In this document: in pieces, positions 19,750 to 29,811 of the stretch
Layout of the letters: every line of letters begins with the position of its first letter
How positions within the stretch are numbered: position 1 is the first letter of the stretch
NCBI GenBank assembly: GCA_028717565.1
Contig: JAQUNP010000001.1
Coordinates: 178,997-227,995, forward strand
DNA length: 48,999 nt
Reading direction: 5' to 3'
Source: Patescibacteria group bacterium
GTDB taxonomy: Bacteria > Patescibacteriota > Kazan-3B-28
Made by a program: the position numbers and the translations under genes
Notes under the pieces: model-generated
Seen by the model: the letters and a program-made list of their open reading frames with translations, nothing else
The model's database searches: none
What the model was told of the DNA's origin: nothing

Positions 19750-21012
19750 TTATATGAGGGAGAACCGATGGGCTCTAAGCTCGGAGACACCTATGTCTCT
19801 GCGATACTGCATCCCTTGAAAATGAATTAGGGCAACTGCCTTATAGGCAGTATCTAAGGCCCGCTGGAGAGTATCCCCCAAGGCAGTTATGTGTAGAACT
19901 CTTCCTCCTGAAGTTATTAAATCACTTCCCGAAGACTGAGTACCTCCGTGAAAAATTACTACCCCCTTTATATCAGAGGCTTGTTGCACACCTTCAATCG
20001 CATCTCCCCTGCGATATTCTCCAGGATAACCTTCGGCTGCCAAAACCACATCCACGACGAAGCCCGAATGCCATTCGACAGACAGGGTGCTGAGCTTGTT
20101 ATCTACTGCAGCCATTATGAGATCAACTAAATCGGTTTTTAATAACCTCATATAGACTTCTGTCTCGGGGTCGCCAAATCGAGCATTAAACTCAAGTACA
20201 TACGGTCCAGTCTTGGTCATTTTTAGACCCGGATAAAGACAACCAGTGAAGGTAGCTGAGCCCTTTAATGTTGCTAACACTGGAGCAACAATCTGATTAG
20301 CAATAACGCCAAGACCCGTTCCAGGTGTCTCAACTGGAGCGATTACTCCCATCCCGCCAGTATTTGGTCCGGTACTATTCTCGCCAATGGTTTTGTGATC
20401 TCTTGAAGGAGGAAAGAGCACAAAACTTTTTTCATCACAAATAGCGTGAATGGACACTTCATTACCTTCCAAAAACTCTTCTATCACTACGGTTCCTTGA
20501 GGTATAAGTTTCTGCAAGGCATTGCCTGCTTCTTCCAATGTATGGCAAACAAACACCCCCTTCCCCAATGCTAGCCCATCTGCCTTAACTACAATTGGCA
20601 GATTTTGTCTTTGAACGTACAACCACGCAGTTCCATAGTCCGCAAAAGTTTGATATTTAGCTGTCGGCACGGAGGCAGCCTGCATTATCTCTTTCGCAAA
20701 CGACTTTGAGCTTTCAATCTGACCCGCAGCTTTGGTCGGTCCGAAAACTTTGAGCCCCTTCTCTCGAAACGCGTCAATTACTCCTACAGCAATTGCATTA
20801 TCCGGTCCTACTATTGTTAGATCGACCGTTTCTTTAATGGCAAACTCCACAAGGCGGGCTACTTCCGTTGCTCCGATTTGAACATTTGTAGCTACCGCTG
20901 CTGTACCAGCATTGCCCGGAGCTACAAACAATTGAGTCACTTTTGGTGACTGACTTAGTTTCCACAATAAAGCGTGTTCTCGCCCCCCACTACCTATCAC
21001 CAATATCTTCAT
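19750..21012 (-). CDS. purD: Phosphoribosylamine--glycine ligase
   Basis: MKILVIGSGGREHAL, APGNAG, VVKADGLALGKGV, GPNTGGMG, EFNARFGDPE, GGRVL, YRRDIG. Confidence 0.97.
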   Translation of the reverse strand: MKILVIGSGGREHALLWKLSQSPKVTQLFVAPGNAGTAAVATNVQIGATEVARLVEFAIKETVDLTIVGPDNAIAVGVIDAFREKGLKVFGPTKAAGQIESSKSFAKEIMQAASVPTAKYQTFADYGTAWLYVQRQNLPIVVKADGLALGKGVFVCHTLEEAGNALQKLIPQGTVVIEEFLEGNEVSIHAICDEKSFVLFPPSRDHKTIGENSTGPNTGGMGVIAPVETPGTGLGVIANQIVAPVLATLKGSATFTGCLYPGLKMTKTGPYVLEFNARFGDPETEVYMRLLKTDLVDLIMAAVDNKLSTLSVEWHSGFVVDVVLAAEGYPGEYRRGDAIEGVQQASDIKGVVIFHGGTQSSGSDLITSGGRVLHITALGDTLQRALDTAYKAVALIHFQGMQYRRDIGVSELRAHRFSLI

Positions 21013-21062
21013 AGTTATATTTTACCGCACATAAAAAATCAGTCCCGTAAAGGAGATTTTAT

Positions 21063-21414
21063 TGGTGGAGCTGGGGGGATTTGCACCCCCGTCCAGAGAA
21101 CGATTTTTCGTGATATCTACATATGTAGTTGATTTTTAAGTTTCACTTATCGGTAGAAAACCAACAAAATAACGATAAGCTGAGCTAATGAGATCTTAGT
21201 TCAAGCCGATAGCGAGCCTGAAAGCAGTCCGAATAAATTGGCACCGCTTGTCTCCCCCTTCGGACGAGGCGAGCAGCGATGGCATTCACAGCTTAGGCGA
21301 ATGCGGGTTGTAACTTGTTTGCAGTTACGATTTTGGTACGGTTTCGCGCCAAGTACCATCGGCGACATGCAATCAGCAAAAAATCAATGTTCACTGTCGA
21401 AGCTAAACAGCCCC
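21063..21414 (-). ncRNA. ssrA: tmRNA; predicted tag (A)ANKLQPAFA* at 21322-21293
   Basis: 5' GGGGCTG...TTCGAC, 3' T-arm and CTCCACCA with G3:U70; short internal tag frame ending AFA-stop; close to smpB. Confidence 0.95.
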
Positions 21415-21494
21415 GTCGGACTCTACTTTACTATAAAAATCGGCTCTGGTAAAGCATTTATGGCGAAGGTAGTGTTTTTACAGGTTTCACCACC

Positions 21495-21523
21495 TTGACA
21501 GAATAGGAAATTTGGCGTATAAT
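21495..21523 (+). promoter_or_regulatory. Perfect sigma70 promoter TTGACA-N17-TATAAT
   Basis: Exact consensus 46 bp upstream of the 1686-aa gene. Confidence 0.85.
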
Positions 21524-21569
21524 GTAGTCAAGCTCGAGACGGATTGTAAACCTAAAAACAAAAACAAAC

Positions 21570-24500
21570 ATGAGACAAATTTTGGCCAAAAAGCTAAATC
21601 GTGCGCTATACACCTTTGTGGCAATGGCGCTGATTTTGCAGTCCGTTTTGCCTATTTCCTATCTTGGCCTTTCCCCCGCTTTAGCCGATAGCCAGAGCTA
21701 TCCTTTCACGACTGCTGGCAACTATGATGTAGATACGAATGTGGAGGTTGTGGATGACGTAGCCATGTTCCATTTTACTTGGGATACCAGCAATGTCATT
21801 CAGGCCAACGACGCCGTCGTTGATTTGCTGTCGGCAGATGTAGGTGGTGTACTTTTGGCCACTACCAACAAAGGCACTGTACTACGTTCTACTGACTACG
21901 GAGACAACTGGGCGACTAGTGTCCCATCTGCGACTTATCGGGCGACTGAACTTGTTCAAACTACGGCCAATGATGTAGTGGTGGTAGGTGTAGATGTTGG
22001 AGTCACTAATCTTTATTATTCCACCGATAACGGCGCCACCTGGAATGCTAGCACTTCTGTTTTCGCAGGGCACTCTTTTAGTGCGGTAACTTACGATTCT
22101 GTCGGTGCTCGCGTTTGGGCAGCCGATGCGGGGTCTGGGGTTATTTATGAATCATCCGACGGGGGTGACATTTGGGCTCCCTTGGCTCAACCAACGGGAC
22201 TAGACACAACCAATGACATCGTTTGGTATGGTGGTAATGTTATCGTGGCCGTGGGAGAGCGAGGTGGAGCAGGCGCTATTTCCTATACACCCGATGCAGG
22301 TGCCACCTGGTTTGACCTGGTACCACCCGACAACCCCGTGGTAGCACTAACTGTAATAGAAAGATTTGGCAACACACTTCTAGTTGGTGGCAGTGGGTAT
22401 GTAGCAGGCATTAACCTAGGAGCGCCGGGTGGGACACATGATTACACCGACCCAAATGATTGGACAAACTACTCCAGCAATATTAATTCCGGCCGCTTCA
22501 CCACTGTGGGTGGATTTTATCAAACTACCGACGGGATGCTGTTTGTAAGCTTGCTGCAGGACGTAAGTGCTGAAGCTCGGCTTTATACTTCCATCGATGG
22601 TGGCACCGATTGGCATGGACAGGGCGAACCTACAGGGTTTATATCACCAGGCGATGTCGTACGAATGTATACCGACGGCGGCATACTATGGGGAGCTAGC
22701 AATAGCTTAGCGGGTAATAGTGCTGTCGGCCTCATTTCCGAATATTATGATGTGAGTGATTCCTTGGTGACAAACGTTGGTGTGTCTGGTGTGTCTATCG
22801 ATTCAGTTAGCATCACTTACCATGCCACTAGCGAGGTGACGGACATCGGTATTGCTTTGGGCTTTAGCAGCGATGATGCTGGTACGTGGTATTACTACAC
22901 TGGTGGAGCTTGGACATCAACCGTGACGGATGAGGTCAGTAACTCAAACACGGAAACCGTTTTAAATGCTAACCTAGCCACATTTGACACTAGCACGGGC
23001 GATGTTTATTTCAAGCTATACATGCACCGCAGTCCATTCTCACCTGAATCAATCATTAACTCTTATGATTTCGTGGTGATAGAGTCCATGAGCGTGACCT
23101 ATACCACTGGTACACTTGAGCTGACTGTACCAGACGATGGCACCCAGAGCTGGTCAATTGGAACCACCCAAGACATTCAGTGGAATTCTACTGGCTTTTC
23201 TACCGTTGATCTGTACTATTCCATAGATTCAGGCAGCAATTGGACTTTGATTTCTGCTGGAGAAACCACAAATGATGGGAGTAATGTCTATCCATGGTTC
23301 ATCCCGGATGAGGCAGTCACCATACGAGCCCGTATAAAAGTTGCAAATGGTGGAGTAAGTGATTACAGCGCCAAAGATTTTATTATTTACGATCCTGATG
23401 ACGGTGGTGGCGGTGAGGTTATCGACGTTCTCCCGCCTGAATCTTGGGTGGACCCGAATGATTTATTGCCAGAATATTCACCCGGCACATTCACAATTCA
23501 AGTAGAGGCTCACGATGAAGTCGGAGGTAGTGGAGTAGATGAGGTCTATTTGTGGTACTCATTTAACCAAGAACCCGGACCGTTTATCGGTGAGGTTACT
23601 TTGGCTGGCACTCAAAGTAGTGGTGGTCCGGGCGGTATTTTTACATTTGAGTTCACTGCCCCGCAAGACGGCGCCTATTATTTTGTATCTTCTGCTATTG
23701 ACTTTAAAGATAATGACAACGCTCCCACAAAACCCATTAACCTAGATCCTCCCGATGAGGATGGGGGCTATCCCGGATGCAAACCACCACTTTGCTGGCC
23801 AATCATGCCGGCTCCACCAGCTATTGAAGCACAGACCATCGTAGATAGCACCCTGCCTTATATCACGGCTCAACAGCCCGCCTACAATGAAGAAAATGTG
23901 CCATTGGATGGCAATGTCATTGCTAATTTTAGTGAATCCATGGCAACTGATACTTTCACCTACCAGCTACTTCGAGGGCTACCAGGGCAACCAGGGGCTC
24001 AGGACGCTACCGACAAACTAGGTAGCTCGACATGGACTTTGGGCAATAGCAAAGTGACCATTAGCTATAGTGAGCTAGATCAGGACCAGTGGTACACATT
24101 CAAAATTTTGACCCTGACTGATGAAGCTGGCAACAACTTGGCTTATGATGGCAACCCCCTCTCCCCTCCGCTAGCCACCCAGTGGGCTTTTAAAACTACC
24201 ATCATCCAAAACCCAGACCTAACTGGTTCATCAATCTCTGTCACCAACGAGCAACAGTGGGGCTTCAGACCTACACAGGACACCGTCGCATATCGAGTAA
24301 CCCTCACCAACGATAGCAATCTACCCGCTTATGTTGCCTCAGCCGACCTCACGTTCACCAGCGGCTTGCATTCCGATAACACTTTGTCTGCCTCATCCGG
24401 CCAGGCCACTTTTTCTGTAGATGGCAATGGGCAAATTACGGGATGGACATGGCTGGGCAGTGTGTATCAGGGCCAGCCGGTTTATATAAATTTTGGGGCA

Positions 24501-26630
24501 GACATAGATATTCCTGCCAACGAACTTAGCATCACTCAATCCGTCACAATTGATGACGGTGTCAATGGTGCGTTTGAAAAAAGCACTACTATTACTGTAC
24601 GAGAGTGCACTAGTTTTGATACTGCTAGTAAAACAGTTGATAAAAATACAGCTGCACCTTCCGACGTGCTGCACTACACAGTCACGGCTACAAACATTGG
24701 CACAACTGCCGGCTGGGTTGATATTAGTGACAGCATCCCTGCTGGAACCAGCTACGTGACCGATTCCCTAACTGGTACCGGATGGGACTCTTTGGAATAT
24801 TCCAGCTCCCAAAATGCGATCTGGGCTCATAAGGACCTTACGCTAGTGGATGAGTCATTAAGCTTTAGTTTTGCAGTAGTAATCGGTGAAGACACTACCG
24901 GCACTATCACCAACACTGCCGTCATCACCAGCGCAGCTCTCTCTGGTACACCGCTCCCACCAGCTACAAAGTCGGTTTCGGCTCAAACTAGTGTAGAATT
25001 TATTCCTCCGCCTGGCAATCCGCCCGAGTTGATTAGCCAGTCCCCTCTCGACGGAGCTCAAGCCGTTGGATTGACCCAGCCAATTCAAGCTCAGTTTAAC
25101 AAGGTGATGAATCCTTATAGTTTTGAGTACGCAGTGAGCATGTTCGGGCAGGCAATAAATACTAGCTCATGGAATGTAACTTGGGATGCAGGATCCAAAG
25201 CAGTGACCATCACCCCACCTTACGACTGGGATATTGATACCACCTACGAAGTGGAGATTATTACTGCCCAAGATCTAAACGGCAACCAGTTCGTTCCGGG
25301 AAGTTTTTCTAACCCTTGGACATTCACTACCATCTACCCCACAGTTAAGATTGTCACACCAGATACTGACCCGAAAATGTTGGTAAATACTACCAAGGCG
25401 TACAACCAAAGCACTGGCAAATATGAAGATTTGCAGTTTTTTGTGGGGCTGCGTGACTTCTATACCAATGCGGTTTATGTGGCTGAAGAGAATATTAGCG
25501 TGGACTTTGATTTGAGCAGCGCTAGAGGCGCAGTGGGGCTAAGCGCTGGCTTTACTGACCAAGGGGTGGCATCAGTGACCATTCTTGCCGGCCAAAGCGA
25601 AACTGGCTTCTACTATCGTGACGATGCGGTCTCGGCCCCGGACTGGGCTAGTATTACGCCTTTTGAAGATCCATTTAGAGGATGGGCTGACGAAACCAAA
25701 TATGTCCAGGTGGTTAGCGAAGACGAATATCAGCTGGAGCCCCATTTGAATTTCACCATTAGCTCACGGACTGTTACGGCTGGCATACTAAGTGGCCCGA
25801 TTACGATTAGTGCCCAAGATAGTACCCAGTACGCCCCTCTCCCCGCTCGACTATTCTTCCATACCCAATCCACCGCAGGCACCTTCTTTGTCATGCAAAG
25901 TGACGGACAGTTGGCAGAGCTACCCGAGTGGGCTACGATTCAGAGTAATAATCCAACGTCCAATTTGCAATACTACAATGTCGAGGGCGGTTTGCAGCAC
26001 TTTGCCACTTTCTACTACATGGACAATGCCGCCGGCAGTCCCGTTGTGACGGTGGCTGATAATGCACCACTGGCGCCCGACATAGGTTACAACAACGTCA
26101 GCACTGTCCTGTCGGTAGTGGCCCTTACCCCCGAGGAATTGGAACTCGAGGAAGAATTGGAGGAGGTGGAAGATGAAACCGGTCGGATTATCACTTCGGT
26201 GGAGATCGACCCGACCGAGACCACGTTGCTACCTAACGGTGTGCAGAGCTTTTCCGCCAAAGGTTACGACCAAGAAGGCCAGGAAATTGAAGAGTTAAGA
26301 TTCAAATGGTATGTATTGGCTGGTGGTGGTACCGTGCAAAAGAATGGCTTGGGTGGCAACAGCCACGTCAGCGCCTTTGTAGCAGATGATACACCGGGCA
26401 TTTACTACGACACCGTGATGGTCGCCACTTTGTATAACGGTAAAATTGATTACGCTACAGCCAGTGTCTATATTGTAGATATAGCCGGAGTTGGTGGCCC
26501 AACTGCTCTGCCAGTCACCGGTGTATCTGGCCTACAACTCATCTTTATGGGCTTGACTCTGGCCGCAGCTGTGGCTCTGGCCTGGGTAGAATCCTATGAA
26601 AAACAGCACTTTAGCCAAGAGCATAAATAA
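21570..26630 (+). CDS. Large surface protein: BNR/Asp-box propeller, Ig-like (Big_5/SbsA-like, DUF11-like) domains, C-terminal LPVTG plus TM
   Basis: Signal peptide; at least 7 S.D.G.TW Asp boxes; P...SQ.P.DG...V....I...F...M Ig pattern twice; K.VDK..A.PSD.L.YTVT; LPVTG followed by hydrophobic helix. Confidence 0.85.
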   Translation: MRQILAKKLNRALYTFVAMALILQSVLPISYLGLSPALADSQSYPFTTAGNYDVDTNVEVVDDVAMFHFTWDTSNVIQANDAVVDLLSADVGGVLLATTNKGTVLRSTDYGDNWATSVPSATYRATELVQTTANDVVVVGVDVGVTNLYYSTDNGATWNASTSVFAGHSFSAVTYDSVGARVWAADAGSGVIYESSDGGDIWAPLAQPTGLDTTNDIVWYGGNVIVAVGERGGAGAISYTPDAGATWFDLVPPDNPVVALTVIERFGNTLLVGGSGYVAGINLGAPGGTHDYTDPNDWTNYSSNINSGRFTTVGGFYQTTDGMLFVSLLQDVSAEARLYTSIDGGTDWHGQGEPTGFISPGDVVRMYTDGGILWGASNSLAGNSAVGLISEYYDVSDSLVTNVGVSGVSIDSVSITYHATSEVTDIGIALGFSSDDAGTWYYYTGGAWTSTVTDEVSNSNTETVLNANLATFDTSTGDVYFKLYMHRSPFSPESIINSYDFVVIESMSVTYTTGTLELTVPDDGTQSWSIGTTQDIQWNSTGFSTVDLYYSIDSGSNWTLISAGETTNDGSNVYPWFIPDEAVTIRARIKVANGGVSDYSAKDFIIYDPDDGGGGEVIDVLPPESWVDPNDLLPEYSPGTFTIQVEAHDEVGGSGVDEVYLWYSFNQEPGPFIGEVTLAGTQSSGGPGGIFTFEFTAPQDGAYYFVSSAIDFKDNDNAPTKPINLDPPDEDGGYPGCKPPLCWPIMPAPPAIEAQTIVDSTLPYITAQQPAYNEENVPLDGNVIANFSESMATDTFTYQLLRGLPGQPGAQDATDKLGSSTWTLGNSKVTISYSELDQDQWYTFKILTLTDEAGNNLAYDGNPLSPPLATQWAFKTTIIQNPDLTGSSISVTNEQQWGFRPTQDTVAYRVTLTNDSNLPAYVASADLTFTSGLHSDNTLSASSGQATFSVDGNGQITGWTWLGSVYQGQPVYINFGADIDIPANELSITQSVTIDDGVNGAFEKSTTITVRECTSFDTASKTVDKNTAAPSDVLHYTVTATNIGTTAGWVDISDSIPAGTSYVTDSLTGTGWDSLEYSSSQNAIWAHKDLTLVDESLSFSFAVVIGEDTTGTITNTAVITSAALSGTPLPPATKSVSAQTSVEFIPPPGNPPELISQSPLDGAQAVGLTQPIQAQFNKVMNPYSFEYAVSMFGQAINTSSWNVTWDAGSKAVTITPPYDWDIDTTYEVEIITAQDLNGNQFVPGSFSNPWTFTTIYPTVKIVTPDTDPKMLVNTTKAYNQSTGKYEDLQFFVGLRDFYTNAVYVAEENISVDFDLSSARGAVGLSAGFTDQGVASVTILAGQSETGFYYRDDAVSAPDWASITPFEDPFRGWADETKYVQVVSEDEYQLEPHLNFTISSRTVTAGILSGPITISAQDSTQYAPLPARLFFHTQSTAGTFFVMQSDGQLAELPEWATIQSNNPTSNLQYYNVEGGLQHFATFYYMDNAAGSPVVTVADNAPLAPDIGYNNVSTVLSVVALTPEELELEEELEEVEDETGRIITSVEIDPTETTLLPNGVQSFSAKGYDQEGQEIEELRFKWYVLAGGGTVQKNGLGGNSHVSAFVADDTPGIYYDTVMVATLYNGKIDYATASVYIVDIAGVGGPTALPVTGVSGLQLIFMGLTLAAAVALAWVESYEKQHFSQEHK

Positions 26631-26637
26631 ACATCTT

Positions 26638-27147
26638 ATGAAAAAATTTCTTCATCATCTTAGACGCAACCGCCACTACGCACCGCATGAACGATGGTTA
26701 ACATTCGGTGCCATGTTGGCTTTGACAATTGCCATTTCTGGCAGCGGTTGGTTTCTCTTCGGCCGACCAGCTGCCTCTGCTACCTCGTTGGAGGTCAGCG
26801 ATATTGTTTTAGCCCAAACCCACGTTCCCGCCAGTTTGGAAACTGGTACAGAGGTTACTATAACTCTGCGGGACAAAATCACCACTGCACCTGCACGAAA
26901 TATCTGGGTGGGGCTTTACATCGAAAACACTTGGCAAAGAAGCGAAGGTCTCACTTATAACGCCTGGTATAGCCCTGAACCAGCTCGTGCATTTTACCAA
27001 ACCGATGAGCTTGGCCAAATCAGCTTCAATATGAAATCCGAACTGGCTGGCGAGATAGAGTATCAGGTCTATGTGGCCAACCCCGATCTTAAAAACGACA
27101 ACAAATACCAGAAGCTTGAAAAAAGCTTCACCATTAATTTCGAATAA
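26638..27147 (+). CDS. Membrane-anchored Ig-like protein
   Basis: Basic N-terminus, TM, beta-rich domain; start chosen at MKKFL. Confidence 0.7.
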   Translation: MKKFLHHLRRNRHYAPHERWLTFGAMLALTIAISGSGWFLFGRPAASATSLEVSDIVLAQTHVPASLETGTEVTITLRDKITTAPARNIWVGLYIENTWQRSEGLTYNAWYSPEPARAFYQTDELGQISFNMKSELAGEIEYQVYVANPDLKNDNKYQKLEKSFTINFE

Positions 27148-27170
27148 AATCAGTCACAATTTGTCTCGGT

Positions 27171-27197
27171 CTAATGGCCCAGATTCTGGGCCATTAG
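27171..27197. terminator. Bidirectional intrinsic terminator
   Basis: 12-bp perfect stem CTAATGGCCCAG/CTGGGCCATTAG between convergent genes. Confidence 0.8.
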
Positions 27198-27201
27198 ATT
27201 T

Positions 27202-27606
27202 TTAAGTGTGTTTGTCCAGAGTTTGATTTACTAGCGCATCCGCTGCACTATTGCGCAAACGGCGAATATGATGAAATTCGATTTGTGTAAAAACCGAGAT
27301 TAGTTTTTGTGCTCGGCCGTGAAGCACTTTTAAGGTAGTGTCTTTCACCCGATATTCACCCTTCAGCTGCTTCACAATTAGCTCACTGTCTAAGAATGCC
27401 TGGACCTTGGTCGCTCTGAACTCTTGCGCCTCCCTAAGCCCTTGAAGCAGGGCCTCGTATTCGGCCTGGTTGTTTGTAGCCGTGCCTAGAAATTTTGTGG
27501 CGGTTTTCAAAATCTCACCGACTTCATTGGTAATAACTACGCCTGTCGCGGCTGGCCCTGGGTTGCCCCGAGCTCCCCCATCGGTATATAACTTAATAGT
27601 TTTCAT
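27202..27606 (-). CDS. rnhA: Ribonuclease HI-family protein
   Basis: YTDGGARGNPGPAA, TNNQAEY, DSELIVKQ, HIRR..N..AD; true start 27606 because the longer ORF overlaps a tRNA. Confidence 0.92.
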   Translation of the reverse strand: MKTIKLYTDGGARGNPGPAATGVVITNEVGEILKTATKFLGTATNNQAEYEALLQGLREAQEFRATKVQAFLDSELIVKQLKGEYRVKDTTLKVLHGRAQKLISVFTQIEFHHIRRLRNSAADALVNQTLDKHT

Positions 27607-27624
27607 AAGTTGATAAAAATATTT

Positions 27625-27699
27625 TGGTCGGGCCGACTGGATTTGAACCAGCGACCTCACGCACCCCATGCGTGCGCGCTACCCCTGCGCCACGGCCCG
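27625..27699 (-). tRNA. tRNA-Pro(GGG)
   Basis: Cloverleaf with anticodon stem CACGC/GCGTG, loop AT-GGG-GT, CCA. Confidence 0.93.
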
Positions 27700-27702
27700 A
27701 CG

Positions 27703-27777
27703 TGGAGCCGACGGTGGGATTTGAACCCACGACCTTCACTTTACGAAAGTGCTGCTCTACCCCTGAGCTACGTCGGC
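27703..27777 (-). tRNA. tRNA-Thr(CGT)
   Basis: Cloverleaf with loop TT-CGT-AA, CCA. Confidence 0.92.
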
Positions 27778-28136
27778 GCAAACATCTGATAGAATACATT
27801 TCTAATATACCCCAGTCAACGCATCCGACGAATGAATGCTCAAAGAGTAGAGATAGAAGCAGAGCCGCCTGACCTTTTGGGTCAGCTTGTGCTGATGGCT
27901 CGGATGAGGGAGGAATATACCCCTCGGTTTTCCCTCATATGTTAAAACACCACTACTTTGCCGCATCATCTGTGTCCCGGAAACCCAGGTGGGTCTTCGC
28001 AATCTATCCCCCCAAGGATAGAAAATATGAAGTCCCATTAAAACATTGTAGAGCCAAATGATAACGGCAAATTAATGGTGCTAACTTAATTATACCAACG
28101 TTTTTATGTGTCAATTTTTGGATGTGTGGACAAAAA

Positions 28137-28838
28137 TCAAAACGGGATTGTGCTAGAGCCAACAAACCATTGCATTATTGCAATTAGCGGTTCTAGAAGC
28201 GTGAAAATAATGTTTGTCCCAATCAGCCGATCAGCAAAAATCAAGAGTAGAAGCAGCATCGGACCCATTTGTTCTAAACGTATGATCGTGTAGGTGCCAA
28301 CCCCAAAACTACTTAAAATTAAATATAAAATTTTTGAACCATCCAGTGGCGGAATGGGAATCAAGTTAAATGCAGCCAAAAAAATATTTAGCGTCACTAC
28401 TACCGCCAAAAATACGTAGATCTTGCCATCTGGCAGGGTCTGATTGGTGAGTAAGAAAATACGACCAGGTAGGGCTAACAAAAATGCGGTGAGGATGTTG
28501 GCCAGTGGTCCAGCCAAAGCGATCCAGAGCTCTCCCCAACGACCATAGCGAACAAAGTTAGGGTTATAGGGTACTGGCCTCCCCCATCCGAAACCCACCA
28601 GAAACAGCAAGATAGTCCCCATGGGGTCGAGGTGTGCTAGCGGATTTAGCGTTAGACGCCCTCCGGCTCGAGCCGTTGGATCTCCCAGCATTGTAGCCAT
28701 CCAGGCATGGGCAAATTCATGAACCGTAATAGCGACGACCAAGGCGACCACAAAGAAAATGAAGATGTCGAATTGTTGAAAAATCCCCAGGAGCATAAAA
28801 ATATTGGCAAAATAACTGCTTTTTGATATCTTATTCAA
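28137..28838 (-). CDS. Site-2 protease (M50 family)
   Basis: HEFAH, LNPLAHLDP.G, ALAGP, FNLIPIPPLDG; start may be 28796. Confidence 0.93.
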   Translation of the reverse strand: MNKISKSSYFANIFMLLGIFQQFDIFIFFVVALVVAITVHEFAHAWMATMLGDPTARAGGRLTLNPLAHLDPMGTILLFLVGFGWGRPVPYNPNFVRYGRWGELWIALAGPLANILTAFLLALPGRIFLLTNQTLPDGKIYVFLAVVVTLNIFLAAFNLIPIPPLDGSKILYLILSSFGVGTYTIIRLEQMGPMLLLLLIFADRLIGTNIIFTLLEPLIAIMQWFVGSSTIPF

Positions 28839-28859
28839 GGTTATTAGAAGCGAACCACT

Positions 28860-29075
28860 ATGTCTAGAGTATGTAATGTTACAGGTAAAAAGCGGTCATT
28901 CGGCCACAACGTCAGCCACTCAAAAAGGCGGACCAAGCGGTCGTGGTTTCCCAATCTCGTAAAACACACTTTGGTGGATGAGAAGGGCCGTAAAAAGCAG
29001 ATCAAGGTCTCGGCTAGGGGCCTGAAAACCCTGTATAAAACCAGACGTAAAAAAGCTAAATCAACTACAAACTAA
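28860..29075 (+). CDS. rpmB: 50S ribosomal protein L28
   Basis: MSRVC.VTGK...GHNVSHSKRRTKR.W.PNL. Confidence 0.96.
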   Translation: MSRVCNVTGKKRSFGHNVSHSKRRTKRSWFPNLVKHTLVDEKGRKKQIKVSARGLKTLYKTRRKKAKSTTN

Positions 29076-29096
29076 GCCGCCCGAACTGGGCGGCTT
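29074..29096. terminator. Bidirectional terminator
   Basis: AAGCCGCCC/GGGCGGCTT stem between convergent genes. Confidence 0.75.
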
Positions 29097-29116
29097 TGTT
29101 GAAATCTGGGACATAG

Positions 29117-29563
29117 TCATGATGCCGAGATTGAACTTCGAGCCAGTTGACTCACGTGCGATCTTCGCCCGTCCTCCTGGTCGTCATCGCTCGATGAAGT
29201 CGGGAGTTGAAGTTCAGGCACCAGTTCATTGAGCCGTCGGATAACCAACGGCTTGAGACCAGCTCGCTTGAGACGATATTGGACTGCTTCCCACATCCGC
29301 TTAGTATCAGAGATGTGGTATTTGACCACGTCCCGGTTAATTAAAACCAGTACCGGCTGAAAAATCAGCGGGGTGAGGCCATAGTCCTTAATCGTAGTCG
29401 CCATAGCGCACTCCAGACGGCACATGACCATCTGGACGGAAGTCAGTACATTTACCTCTGACGTCTTATCACGACGGTGAGGTCGATAATTGATAAAAGG
29501 TAAGCGGTAAACGGCACTGCTGACTATTGTCCACAGATTCCGAAAAAGGTTCAGGATGCTCAC
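29117..29563 (-). CDS. ORFan with its own promoter and strong SD
   Basis: GTG start preceded by AAGGAGG; promoter TTGACA-N17-TAGGAT at 29598-29626. Confidence 0.6.
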   Translation of the reverse strand: MSILNLFRNLWTIVSSAVYRLPFINYRPHRRDKTSEVNVLTSVQMVMCRLECAMATTIKDYGLTPLIFQPVLVLINRDVVKYHISDTKRMWEAVQYRLKRAGLKPLVIRRLNELVPELQLPTSSSDDDQEDGRRSHVSQLARSSISAS

Positions 29564-29640
29564 GTTGGCACCTCCTTGGTTCACAAGGGTTAGTGCCATC
29601 CTAAACCTTAAGATGCCTCTTGTCAAGGGTATCTTTGTGT

Positions 29641-29811
29641 CAGTCGGGCCGATTCCGGTTAGACCGGAACGACCTCATGAGCGTCTCTGGTTTGAATTGG
29701 TCGGGCCGATTCCGGTTAGACCGGAACGACCTCATGAGCGTCTCTGGTTTGAATTGGTCGGGCCGATTCCGGTTAGACCGGAACGACCTCATGAGCGTCT
29801 CTGGTTTGAAT
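29641..29811 (-). repeat. Three tandem 57-bp units derived from the tRNA-Pro 3' end
   Basis: Units start at 29641, 29698 and 29755 and abut tRNA-Pro at 29812; identical except for the first 3 nt of the outermost unit. Confidence 0.95.

Noticed and set aside
27593-27872. ORFs over the tRNA-Pro/tRNA-Thr pair and the N-terminal extension of RNase HI
   Set aside because: They read through tRNA genes; the real RNase HI start is 27606.
27802-28038. 78-aa minus-strand ORF as another cassette gene
   Set aside because: No clear SD or recognisable motif; cannot be separated from a chance ORF in the tRNA leader region.
29641-29811. CRISPR array interpretation of the 57-bp repeats
   Set aside because: The units are identical end to end with no unique spacers, derive from tRNA-Pro, and no cas genes are in the window.
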